Below are positions 33,475 through 45,668 of a stretch of 48,272 bases of DNA, one piece after another. The translations under genes and the position numbers were made by a program. The stretch covers positions 1-48,272 of the forward strand of contig JAUCBJ010004140.1 of the NCBI GenBank assembly GCA_032718475.1. The letters run 5' to 3'. Position 1 is the first letter of the stretch; each line of letters opens with the position of its first letter. The notes beneath the pieces were generated by a model that saw only the letters and a list, made by a program, of their open reading frames with translations, did not search any database and was not told the DNA's origin. The DNA is from Nemertoderma westbladi. Its lineage: Eukaryota > Animalia > Xenacoelomorpha.

Positions 33475-34584
33475 AGCCGAAGCCAGCCGGTGCGCGATCA
33501 TTCACCCGCTGGATATACCCGGGAGACTGGATTCGGATGCTTAGACCTTATTGCAGTGTAAGTCTACTGTATTATTCGATTGATCGTTAATATATAATCT
33601 CTGACAAATATTATTCACTTTCGGGAAATATTAACAGTTCCTTTAGGACGTGGCACTCTATCTATGTAAACAGAGCTATGACTTATACTAAACACAACGG
33701 TATGGCTTATGATTCACGTATAAGGCGCATTCTTTAGGAGATGCTTAGTTATCAGTCACACTCATGCACACTACCGCACAATACTGCACACTGATCTGCC
33801 GACAGTTACTGAATTTGATCATGCATAAAGAGAACAGCAATGGACTCATGTAGTATCTATGAAATAGCATTAGATTCACTCCAAAACCACGATAATATAA
33901 GTCGCAATTGCTATATGTAACCGGTCTCTCTAACCTGTAGTGTATCAAGAAGATTGGGATTTTTGGGTTATTTATCAATATTCTCCAAATAACAATATTC
34001 CATCAACCGATACAATTAATAACCAACAGTAAATAGCAGTAAAATGGTAGGTTAAGATATGATAGTATGCAATGATATGGTTTGATGTGATTTGGTGAGT
34101 GAATTGTTAAGATATGATAACAGTTATACGTTTCTATAATCTAAGCCTAACTAATGTGTTGCTAAAGTCTGAAACACAGAGTCATTCCAAAAGCCGATGT
34201 TCTGGCGTAGGAGGAGCAACACACACTGACTCTGTGAGCTGTTGCAGGTATCTTTCAACACAGAGAAGAATAGCTCTCATTGGCAGAACACCAGATTCCG
34301 CAGGTTCCACGAATGTCTAAATGCCGAACTATCAGGGTTTTTGCAGCCCTTGGCCAGCACACAAAATGAGTCACTCCGCTCGGTTGCTCTGGTTGCATAC
34401 TCTGCTGTTATAGCTCTGGTTGGCCGATCGAACATAACAAAGAGGCCCAACATACAGCAAATCAGCCAATCAGCCGGTAGCTTGCATCATTCGAGTTAGG
34501 GAGCCTTTTAGAGTATTCCAGCGCCTTGGGGGGAACTGGATTGCAAAGCAAAAGGGCCAGTTATATCCCACAAAAGCTTTTACA
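33475..34584 (-). repeat. 5' LTR region of the BEL/Pao element (canonical sub-span 33665-34584)
   Basis: Near-identical to 9068-10175; begins TGTAAAAGC on the minus strand. Confidence 0.9.
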
Positions 34585-34624
34585 GCTATGTTGTTCGTTC
34601 AATATGCTCAAATTAACAATAAAC

Positions 34625-35327
34625 ACAATATTGCAATGTTCCAGAGTTAATATACGGAAATAAAAACCTTCAGCAAATAAAACTGTAATAATCAATTCTG
34701 CCTTATCCTTCAGCAAATTAACCTAATATACTGTAATAACCTCGGCCTGCGGCCTCGGTAATTATACAGATTAATTTGCTTCTGGAATGGCATCAGTGAT
34801 TTTTCAGTTTTATTCGCTTCATGTTATTATTTCCGTATATTAACTCTAGAACATTGCAATATTGTATGTATATTAACTCTAGAACATTGAATGATGTTGG
34901 AGAAGCATTACATTATTCTCCTTACATGTGTGTCTGCCCACACCCTACACCTCGAACTGACCTCCCGGATGGACGCCGAAGACACCCATAAAGCAATGCG
35001 TCATTTCATGGCTAGATGGGGTATACCTGAGGTGTTCTTCTTGGACAACACTGTCGCCTTCAAACTGCTTACTAAGCTACTGGCTGGAACTGAAAGGCGC
35101 TTCATTCCTGTACAATAATAACCTGAAGCGAATAAAACTGAATAATCACTGATGCCGTTCCAGAAGCAAATTAACCTGTGTATAATTACTGAGGCCGCAG
35201 GCCGAGGTTATTATATTAGATTAACTTGCTGACGGATTAGGCAGAAGTGATTGTTACAGTTTTATTCGCTGAAGGGTTTTATTTCCGTATATTAACTCTA
35301 GAACATTGCAATATTGTATGTATATTA
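34625..35327. mobile_element. Two inverted copies of an approximately 240-bp palindromic-ended element flanking a foreign fragment
   Basis: 34625-34830 is the reverse complement of 35115-35317; core cctcggcctgcggcctcgg; the first copy has its own terminal IRs. Confidence 0.8.
34891..35112 (+). pseudogene. Fragment of a BEL/Pao integrase core from a different family
   Basis: YIILLTCVSAHTLHLELTSRMDAEDTHKAMRHFMARWGIPEVFFLDN matches the Pao pattern FTC...RAVHLE...F.ARRG.P.....DN. Confidence 0.75.
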
Positions 35328-35850
35328 CTATCGGCAAAAGGTAAGTATTAATAATTGTTACTAATTGGGTTGCCTCCAACACCTAAAAATACAGTATAAT
35401 TAACAATAATAATCTAATAGTCTAATACACTTTTAATACGCAAATTTCCTGTTAATACTTCTGCCTTTATCATTAATCCTACATGTATGTGCCTCTTTGG
35501 GTTGGGGTGGTGCAGATTAAGAGGGCGGTTGAAGCGAGGGGGGAAGGGGAACTTTCCTCTCTTTGATTTATTCTTATTGGTAGTTTGCTATGGTTAACTT
35601 TCTTATTTATTTATTTAAATTTCTTAAGTACCGATTTTGGGATAGAATTTCTCAATTTTAAGCTGTAGGCCTATGATAACTGAGCCTCGTCCTGCGCGAA
35701 GTCCCCACGAACATGTTCTATTCGTTTACTGTGTGAATCATAGTCTGGATATTGATTCAGTACACAGTACAGTCAGACAGTCTGGAAGTACAGTCTGTGG
35801 TCTGATGAACACCGTTCAGCCGTTGGGTTTCAGAAACAGTGAAAAACACT

Positions 35851-35997
35851 CAATTGAGGGAAAGGAGCAGGTTACAGAGGCAGGCTTTTCTAACCAAAAC
35901 AATAAACGGCTACTTTACCAATTGAGGGAAAGGAGCAGGTTACAGAGGCAGGCTTTCATAACCAAAACAATAAACGTTCACTTTACCAATTGAGGGA
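35851..35997. repeat. 68-bp tandem repeat x2 (caattgagggaaaggagcaggttacagaggc...accaaaacaataaacg)
   Basis: Copies at 35851 and 35919; related motif at 44231-44293. Confidence 0.85.
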
Positions 35998-37396
35998 AAC
36001 CATATATGGCTGTATGGTCAGACAGTCAATAGTCACATTGTCATAGACAGTCAGTATCAGTACCGGTCAGCCGGTACCCCTAGTAACCCTATAACCCAAA
36101 AAATACCGATGCTGATTGTAGTAAGAAAGTATCAGTAGCAAAGCAATCATGTACCGGCGGTATATGGCAGTATGATACTAACAACCATCGGTAGGCCTAT
36201 GCAAAAGAACCGAATGTCGGAAAAAAGGAGTGGTCATACTGTCATAAAGAACAATACTGCATTAAAAGGGGTCATAAAAGTAAAATTTTGAAAAAAGTGG
36301 TCAAAAGACCCAAAAAGGCAGAAAGGGGTCAAAAAAATAACTGTCATAATTATTGTCATTAAAATCACCTATAATTCAAGCACTATATAATTGTCGCTGA
36401 CCAGTCAGCCAGTCCAGTCAGTGACTGCTTGATATTACTGGTACTGCAGCACTCTACTGCTCTAGCTGTCTAGGATGTTTTATCGCCTTCTACAGTTCTA
36501 CCTTCCAGCCATTCACCTATCACTGTATCAGCATATATCTGTATAGGCATATATGATATAGCAGTACCGGTATGGAGATGGAGAATCATCTGTCAGTCCG
36601 TATGTGATTTAAAATGTTCAGAGGCTAGGTATTGTCCGGTCTGCCCTGCCCTAGGCCTACTGCGCTACCGTTGGCAAATACAAATAAACAGAAGGTTTAG
36701 GAGCCAGGCCAGGTGAGGATGAGGGACAGCTGGGTGTCTGTTAGGCTGTCATAGTCAGCCCCGGCCCGGGATGCGCAGCAGTAATGGCTGAATGGCAGAA
36801 TGGTAGGCCTACTACCTGCTGACCTGTTCCTGTTTGCCGCTGCCTGGATAATTAATTCAGTATAGCCAACCCAGCAACCGAGATTTATTATGACTCTTTT
36901 TTTCCAACATCCTCTGATCCTGCAGTCCTGGCTATTTAACGTTTGCATAATTCAGTAGGCCTAATTCTAGTCTGTGGTGCTATACGGCAATGGCTTGAGC
37001 CAGCTAGCAAGCAGGGTACCGATTTCCAGACCTACATACACTCCTCTCCTACTTGTACACCCTACCACCTCAGACAGTCCAACGCCACATCAAATTCCGC
37101 CTGTCGAATAAAAAACCGATTCGATTAGCGCCTTGAACTCTATCTGTGTAAGTCCAAGTACCACGGGTTAGTTGGACTTAGACTCTATGCTCGCAGTGTT
37201 GGGATCGGTTCCTGACTGCCTGATCCCGGGTTAGGGAACGTTGGGGAAAGGTGTTTGTCACTGTGCCTCAAATGTGATAGAACCGCCTACTTCCAGACTT
37301 CTGCACGCTGAAATATATTTACAATAGCGAATAGGCTTGGTAAGTAATCACCTGTATAATTATAATTATTGATAATGATTTGATTTAGATTTGATA

Positions 37397-39199
37397 ATGA
37401 ATCAACAAATTAATGTATTGAAGAAAAAATCCTCCAATGCCGGGATAATTATAAAGAAAGAACCACCAGACTGTGCCCCCCATCCTGTTCAAGTTAAACA
37501 GGATAACTGCATTTACGATTCATCTATCGAAGATCAAAATATTTTGTTTGGTGGAGTAGATGATGTCCCTGTACAAGATGACGATGATATTCCTGGAGAT
37601 TATTTTGTTGTCGAAAAACAGGAAAACGACAGCCCAACCTGTTCGTATGGTACGCCTATTGAAACTGAAGATGCAAATATTCATATTCAACATTCACCCT
37701 GTGGTTTGCAATTTATTAGTGTAAAATCTGAAGGTTGTATAGTTATTGATCCATTTGCAGAAACTCAAACTGTTAGAAAACAGTGTAATACTGCTGGTAC
37801 CGGTACCTCTCGTGACAACGTTGATCGTTGCAGCTCTACTAAACCGGCAATCAGCTGTGCAAGAAAAGATTCCGGTAGTTCTAGTAAAGCTGTTGGGGAG
37901 TTCCAATTTTCTCCAGATACCAGTTCCCGTTTTCATTGCAATGAATTATCTAATGGCAGAGAAAATTTAGAGAGACATATAGAGTCCTTTCATAAAGACG
38001 TAAAGAATAAGTATATATGCGATTATTGTGAGAAACTGTTTACAAAGAAGAGTTCTGTAAATATGCATATCGACTCTATCCATAAACTAATTAAACATAA
38101 GTGCGGTTATTGTAACAAAGAATTCAGCCAGCACGGCAGTCTAAACGCCCATGTCAACTACGCCCATAAAGATATCAAACATAAGTGCGGTTATTGTAAC
38201 AAAGAATTCAGCCGGCAAGACTTTCTAAACACCCATATCAACTACGCCCATAAAGATATCAAGTACAACTGTTTTGATTGTGGAAAATCATTTGGTACCA
38301 AACGAGATCTAAAGAGGCATGTCGACTATATCCATAAACTAATCAAACATAAGTGCGGTTATTGTAATAAAGAATTCAGCCGGCAAGACCATCTAAACGC
38401 CCATGTCAACTGCGCCCATAAAGATATCAAACATAAGTGCGGTTATTGTAACAAAGAATTCAGCCAGCAGGGCAGTCTAAACGCCCATGTCAACTACGCC
38501 CATAAGGATATCAAACATAAGTGCGGTTATTGTAACAAAGAATTCAGCCGGCAAGACTCTCTAAACACCCATGTCAACTACGCCCATAAAGATATCAAGT
38601 ACAACTGTTTTGATTGTGGAAAATCATTTTGTACCAAAAGTGATCTAAAGAGGCATGTCGAGTCTATCCATAAACTAATTAAACATAAGTGCGGTTATTG
38701 TAACAAAGAATTCAGTCGGCAGGGCAATCTAAACGCCCATGCCAACTACGCCCATAAAGATATCAAACATAAGTGCGGTTATTGTAACAAAGAATTCAGC
38801 CGGCAAGACTCTCTAAACACCCATGTCAACTACGCCCATAAAGATATCAAGTACAACTGTTTTGATTGTGGAAAATCATTTTGTACCAAAAGTGATCTAA
38901 AGAGGCATGTCGACTCTATCCATAAACTAATCAAACATAAGTGCGGTTATTGTATCAAAGAATTCAGCCGGCAAGACTATCTAAACGCCCATGTAAACTA
39001 CGCCCATAAAGATATCAAACATAAGTGCGGTAATTGTAACAAAGAATTCAGCCAGCAGGGCAATCTATACGCCCATATCAACTACGCCCATAAAGATATC
39101 AAGTACAGCTGTTTTGATTGTGAAAAATCATTTGGTACCAAAAGAAATCTAAAAAAACATGTCGAAACTATCCATAAACTAAAAACTAATCAAGCATAA
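37397..39199 (+). CDS. C2H2 zinc-finger protein with 14 tandem 28-aa fingers (C-X2-C-X12-H-X4-H)
   Basis: 84-bp repeats 38010-39175; acidic N-terminus; first ATG 37397; putative 49-nt 5' intron gtaagt 37340 to tttag 37388. Confidence 0.9.
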   Translation: MNQQINVLKKKSSNAGIIIKKEPPDCAPHPVQVKQDNCIYDSSIEDQNILFGGVDDVPVQDDDDIPGDYFVVEKQENDSPTCSYGTPIETEDANIHIQHSPCGLQFISVKSEGCIVIDPFAETQTVRKQCNTAGTGTSRDNVDRCSSTKPAISCARKDSGSSSKAVGEFQFSPDTSSRFHCNELSNGRENLERHIESFHKDVKNKYICDYCEKLFTKKSSVNMHIDSIHKLIKHKCGYCNKEFSQHGSLNAHVNYAHKDIKHKCGYCNKEFSRQDFLNTHINYAHKDIKYNCFDCGKSFGTKRDLKRHVDYIHKLIKHKCGYCNKEFSRQDHLNAHVNCAHKDIKHKCGYCNKEFSQQGSLNAHVNYAHKDIKHKCGYCNKEFSRQDSLNTHVNYAHKDIKYNCFDCGKSFCTKSDLKRHVESIHKLIKHKCGYCNKEFSRQGNLNAHANYAHKDIKHKCGYCNKEFSRQDSLNTHVNYAHKDIKYNCFDCGKSFCTKSDLKRHVDSIHKLIKHKCGYCIKEFSRQDYLNAHVNYAHKDIKHKCGNCNKEFSQQGNLYAHINYAHKDIKYSCFDCEKSFGTKRNLKKHVETIHKLKTNQA

Positions 39200-42100
39200 G
39201 TGCGGTTATTGTAACAAAGAATTCAGCCAGCAATTCATTCTAAACACTCATGTTAACAACTTTCATAAAGGAATGGGAAACTCAAATATGATTGTTCTAT
39301 CTGCCATAAACAAATTTCTAATAGACATGAACTTAAGAGACACAATGATTCTGTTCATAAATCTTAAAGTTACCGAAACAATATTGTTGTTTTTGTTTTG
39401 AACAATTCTTCATATGTATCTGGTCATTATTTCACCTTTTACTTTTTGCGTGAAAAATAAGTTATTAATTATTTTTATAATTGACTTACAGTCAGTGAGA
39501 CAAAAAGATCAGTGAAATATTTAATATAAATATGTTGAGACTAATCATTAGTCCTGTCAACATTGGCATAAAGCGGGCACAACTAATTAGCAATTACTCA
39601 TCCGAATCAAATATTTCTGATTCTTTATTATCTTGCTAATCTCTCAAACAGTTGAAAGATATATAAATTTTTCGGATCACTTTAATTTTAGCACCATGTA
39701 TTTCACTTTACAAACAAGGTGACTATATATTTGTGGGATTTTTTTTCTAGTTTGGCGCAGACTAACTGTAATCTAACGACTATTGTTTGACTGACCTATG
39801 TACTTCTACATACTGTAGTTACCAATTTAGTTTCCATCGGTTTTGTGTTTGTTTCTATGGTTTCGTGGGAAACATTTTTATAGCGCGACCATTAAAATAA
39901 AGATTCTTATGAGCTATATATTTGTTTTCTATCATGTCTTTAGAATATTTTAGGGAACACGTATTTGGCAATGGTTTCGAAAACTATTGATATTTGCAAA
40001 AATTCACCGAAATTTGCAGTAAAAACGACACTCCAAGGCTTATTTTGAACAGTTGCTATGGCAATCGACTAACCGGATTCTCTGATATGGGTTTAGTGCG
40101 AATAGGTCAAGGTTAGAAATATGTAGGGTTAATTAATCGATTTACCTAAAACAGTTGGATGCCGGCCATTAATGCTTTAGGGATGGAGTTAACTGTCCCG
40201 TCAAACTATAAAACTTTTTAGATTAAGTGGAACATGATCTACTGTATATACGACCATGAAAGCTGCATTCTACCTACAAAATTTAGTAGGTACACGTTTT
40301 GAAAGTAATTTTTTGCATATTTGAAGGATTTTATAATAAAAGTCTTCTAGAACATTTTTTTATGATTCATTTCAATAGTAAGTATTATAATTTTGAAACA
40401 AATTATTTTAATAGCTATTTTTATATATTATTGGTAATTGCCTGTTCCACTTCGTTGGTGCTAACCTACGCCATTTCCTCGAATATTGTGTCTTAATTCA
40501 GTGACTTGGCCACCAATTATTATCTTAATGAGATTGCATGAAATTTGAAATATATATTGTTTTACCTCCATCATCCATACTGGGTGCGTCAGAATAGGGA
40601 CATTCCGCACGAAATCATCACACTTTTATAGCATTTTTTACCTTGGGTGCTCGGATTGTTTTGAAATTTGGTGGAGAGCTAGTACTTATTGTGTAAGTAA
40701 CTCATGCTAAATTTTAGATCTTGAACTGCTTGCAATCACGAGTTATGCCACCTCAAAGTTTGAGGTTTTCGCCGATTTGCGGGCGGACCGGAAGTATACA
40801 AAGAGGCATTATTAATGAAGATCTCATAATAAACCTGCAACATAAGTATTCATTTGAAAGCTCTTGTCTTGCTCTTTCATAGATATCGTGATACTTGTGC
40901 TATACTTTCCACATAGCTCTTTTAATGTAGCTTTAAAGACTTTAAATGCGAAGCGCAAAAAACATGTATACTTCAATTTTGCTCAAACTTGGCTCAAATT
41001 ATCCTTATTATGTCTCTTAACACCCATAAAAAAATTGGGATGGCTTTTGCGCCCCTTCGTGACTTACAGGCGTTTTTGTTTTGGTCATTCGACGGTTTTG
41101 CGAAACATTGCGATGTTTTGCGAAGCATCGCGAAACGTTGCGATCGCAACATACATTGTTGAATGTTAACAATATTTGCGACTATCTCTTTGCATGTGTT
41201 TAACTATGTCATATTTGTTAATCGGCATACAAATGATTTTTACTTTGAAATATCTCAAAAAAGATCTTTATTGTTTTTTATACATGGCAGTGCTGCTAGG
41301 GATATATCAATATATTTCTCAAATAAATGGTAAAGAAACAGTGTATACCTTTTCGCATTGTCGAACTTAAACAATTAATATGATTGTGCTTGGCTAGTTT
41401 TTTTTACTCTTATATATTTTATATGAGTCACTGAGGGGTTAATGGGATAAAATCAAATTGTAGTATCTAGCACTATCTAGATAGCACGTAGGCCCTAGTA
41501 TGTAGCACAAATATCTCACAAATAAATGAAATTGTTGTGGTTGCTAGTATGCTTGTGGCAGGCTACCTCACCTATTATTAGTTATTACTTAAAGTGCATG
41601 AATGTAATGTGATATTAATAATAAATTATAATGTTACTTATAAATATTTATATCCTAATTACACTTTGTGTAAACCGCTGTGTTGATCTCATACGGAATA
41701 CCCCAATATTTATTTTCGCTTTCGGCACTACTACAGTATGTGTACCCATAACCATACTTTTTGTACTATAGCTAGTTTTTGGTACTTTTTTTTAGAACTA
41801 TTCTATTTCATTTTAGCTATTGTTAGGTTAAAAAAATTATGTTCCAGAACAAATATATATTTTTTGATCTATAACATTTAAAAATAAAAATTTATTAAAA
41901 ATTAGTTATTATGTGTAGGGTGAGAGAGGGCTTGACTTTAGGGGAGACTCAAAAATTATTGTAAATTATTTAACAATACCACACAAAAATGTGTAAAATT
42001 CATGTTAGATACACCCGCGCAACAATGTTTTATTACCTTTTGGTTATTTTTTGTTTTATTGTCAATAAACGTTTTCTGGGTTCAAAAGTAAATTTTTGCC

Positions 42101-43799
42101 CTTTACAACGAATGAAAATTCGCACCCTTATTTTACTGTATGTTAATTTTAATTCACAACATGTGTTGACTAATTATTGCACTATCCTGCCATATATGGT
42201 TTTCCAGTTTTGGTTCAGCCGTTTTGAAATTATATCAATTAATATAAAAAAAATCCCATATGGGGAGACATGACGCCCGAGTGTGAGGGAGACTTGAAGC
42301 CTTCAATGCTGACGTTTACCTAGAGATACACCCACATACTGTAGAGAACCATTACACCAGAGCACTCCAACTAGTTGATTGCCACTTACACAGACCAAGC
42401 TATCAATGGAATGTGAATACAGTACAATGGAGTGGCCAGAGAGAGAGAGAGAGAGAGGCCTTGATAAGCCAAGCCAAGCCAACCAACTCTTCCTTCCCTC
42501 TTTGCATAGTTAGTAGCCCGCCAACTGGGGGATTGACAGCTTAAACAAGATGCCACTTCGTCAGAAAGCGGCACACATCAATTGAATTACAGGAAAACAA
42601 TTAATAGTCCATGGGCCAGCGAGCATTGGGGATACTTTTTGGTAACCACCCGGAACTTATATTTTTGGGAAGACCTAGCTTCTGGCCCTTCATTTTGATA
42701 TGATAACAAATCTGAATCGGTAGCTGACTTGGTGTTATCACCGGTTGTCATGGAAATGGTAAAACAACAAACATGCTGTAGTATTCTAATAACTCAATAT
42801 AATTTCATCGCATCTTTTGAAAAAGATAGCTACTGGTCTAACAATTCTAAATGTGACATAAAATTCTGGAATATAACTATTGTTACCATGGGAATGCTGC
42901 TAAATGAAAACTGACATGTTTTAGAAAAATAGCTACCATTCTAGAACAATACCATTATTTTAAAAACAAATTACCACATTTTATTGAATATTAGATTTGG
43001 AAAATTTTGGTATACTGAGAGCTAAACCTGTTTTGTTATAATGGTGATATATGGTTCCAAAGATATACCCATGTTTGAAATATTTTTACTTTTCATCATT
43101 TTAATCTCATTCCACTCTGTTTCAAAATAATGACTTTAACAAATATTTATGTCAATAAAAAACAATCAAGATGTGAATACAAATCACTTTAAAATGACAA
43201 GTGACATCTAAAAATGGCATTTCAGACAACACTTCTTCACAGGTTACAATGACTACCACTACAGATGCAATTGAAGATGTCTCCGATATGACACAAACAA
43301 ATGACTTGACACCTACCACAAAAGAGAAGTTAGTTCTTTTAGTATATTCATTTCAATTTATATATTTCTCACAATTTTTCCTAGATGATTTCTGCAAAGA
43401 TGATTCCATCAATAATAACATTTTTGAATACTAAATCCTCTTTATTTAATAATAAATACATAATTATGTATGTACGTATTCTTAATTGGTAGGCGATGAT
43501 GTCATCCCAGCAAAATAGAGAATTCTTAGTCGATCATCTGAGGTTTCAAGTGCATCAGTTCATTCCAATTCTGCCTCCTTCCATTTGGTGCATTACTTGA
43601 ATTTGTTCAACTCAATCAAATCAATGCAATCATGACCTTCAACCAACTCAAATACATTACAAGGGATGAAAACGATGTCCTGAAATGCCAGGTTTATCAA
43701 AAGTGCGGATCTCTAAGTAGAATAAACGCATTGTAACATAAACACTATATCAGCTAATCTTGGACCTGACTTATGCATACTTATTGCTTTACATGAATG

Positions 43800-44100
43800 T
43801 CAGAAGTTAATGATGTGAACGAGCTTCGGTATCGTCTGTTCTATTCAAAACATGGAGAAATCGAGTCAACCTTGCTGCCACCTTGTAAATATTGTTTAAA
43901 GAGAGACACCTATCCCGAGCCAACTACCAATCGTATATAAGCTTAGTTAGTACCCATCATCAATGTATCTTCTCCCATAGGACTGGGATGGCTGTTAGAT
44001 GAGGAGGATATGGTAATACCTGATTGGATGCGTATTCAGTAATACCAGCTCCATAATCTATCTTCATTCTCTCTATCTCTGCTGTATTGCAATTGTAAAC
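43800..44100 (+). pseudogene. Academ transposase C-terminal relic
   Basis: VNELRYRLF...LLPPC...HLSRANYQSYI...SPIGLGW...PDWM...CNC with frameshifts. Confidence 0.7.
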
Positions 44101-44836
44101 CACCAACATGTATCTGCCGGTTGAGTACAAAACAAAGACCCAAGACTTTTCTGCCTGTTCTGTACAAAACAAAGAGGTGAAGTTGAAGTCGCGCTAGGTC
44201 CATAAGAGCGATAAGTCCCATTGCTATTTAAAGGAGCAGGTTAGTAAAGGATCACGTTACTGAGGCGTGTTGGGGGAACCAAAACAATAAACGAAAGTTA
44301 ACACATTTTAGATGATTATGCAGGTCTTTTTATAATTGTGTGTTGCATCTTTGTTTTGTACTCACTCTGTATCTGCCTACAAAACAAACATCAACATCAT
44401 TGCATTGAGTTGTGCAAATTCAAGTCATGTACCAACAGGAAGGAGACGAAATTTGAATGAACTGAAGCTTTTGACGTGATTTTTGACTAACATATTTGCA
44501 CTACTTGTTTATTCTTACCCCAGGTGACACTTTAAAAATTACCAAAAAATTTCACGAAGATATTGCAGTTCTATAATCGCTTTCAGCATCCAAAAAAACC
44601 GCTATATAACGCAAATAAATTAATTTTAGTGAATTATAAAAACTATTGAAAATCTTAGTACGAAAGTACTGGAGATGGGTGCCAGAAAGGGAGCACAGCA
44701 CGAAAACTAACATGACCATGTAAATGGCGTTTGCTCGTTTGGATAACCCATTAAATTTTAGGAAAAGTCACAAAATCTCGGTTTTCCAAACAAACCGTAC
44801 TCAAAGATACAGATTAATTACAAAATTAAGCCGTGC

Positions 44837-45668
44837 GCGTATTCCCAATCCTTACACTCTTAAGGAACACCTCTTGCATTAACACCTGGGATTGGTTAAT
44901 AAGCTATTATTTGATTGGACGTTGAAATCATGTAAGGAATGGAAAGAGGGGTCGAACTAGTCAGGTTTTTATAAAGTGCTCCAAACGCTCCAAATAAAAT
45001 AAACTCTTAAAACCTCTAGATGTCTAGAAAGCGCGTTAGTGCAGTTCGATGCACACGAATAGCAGACGGACTATTCATAAGCAATTACTTCTGTACAGTA
45101 CTATAATCGGCCTGCTGCATTGAAACTGCACATTGAGATGCTATGCCAGTTTGGCAAAAGTATTTTGTCACCTCCATGCAATCCACAATTGGCAAGCCAA
45201 ATGCAGCGTACATTAAGAATTATATGCCGGCTTATCAACAAAGTTGCACCGCCACAATTCCCTATCCCCCATAACTTTCGTGAGATTAGCTGCATCTTCA
45301 AGGCCAGTGTCCTTTAGGAGGCGTCTTAAGAAAGTCATGGGCTGTCCATCATGCTTATTTTCTCTATGGGGCTGCCAATTGTGCGCAGTGTGGTCCGTAT
45401 GTGTGGGGGCAGCTCATGCAGCCCTGTATAAACCATAACCCAATGTTCTACTGCCTAGAATAATATCAAATGTTAAGTCTACTCATCTAATAGTGTTGGT
45501 GTTGCTGTAATAACCCTTACATGATTTCGCCCAATTTCTCCATTCCTTACAGCGTTTGGAACACTTTCTATTGTACCTGCAAACTGAGTATAAATCTCTT
45601 ACACTAGTTCGCCCGACCCCTATTCCTTAGATGATTTTTTCCTACTATTGTAAGGTTTGGGAATATGC
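44837..45668. mobile_element. Degenerate inverted-repeat element inside the Academ
   Basis: gcgtattcccaatccttaca / tgtaaggtttgggaatatgc, plus further inverted blocks (44925-44990 vs 45540-45637); no clean TSD. Confidence 0.5.
45104..45379 (-). mobile_element. 3' fragment of the same RTE family as 6254-8715
   Basis: 45226-45379 aligns with 6317-6470 (catcttcaaggccagtgtccttta, aagaaagtcatgggctgtcca). Confidence 0.85.

Larger units (their letters stand above)
9068..34584 (-). mobile_element. BEL/Pao LTR retrotransposon with nested insertions (about 15.3 kb after removing them)
   Basis: Two near-identical 1.1-kb direct repeats; PPT; gag-PR-RT-RH-IN order with Pao-type motifs (three Cys/His knuckles, VRVVFDGS, YMDD, HVFGDAS, GVDLFGP, SDKGTNF, WWGGSWERL). 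Confidence 0.95.

Noticed and set aside
39540-41400. Probable old DNA-transposon fragments and short AT-rich ORFs
   Set aside because: No matching termini, TSD or protein motifs could be established
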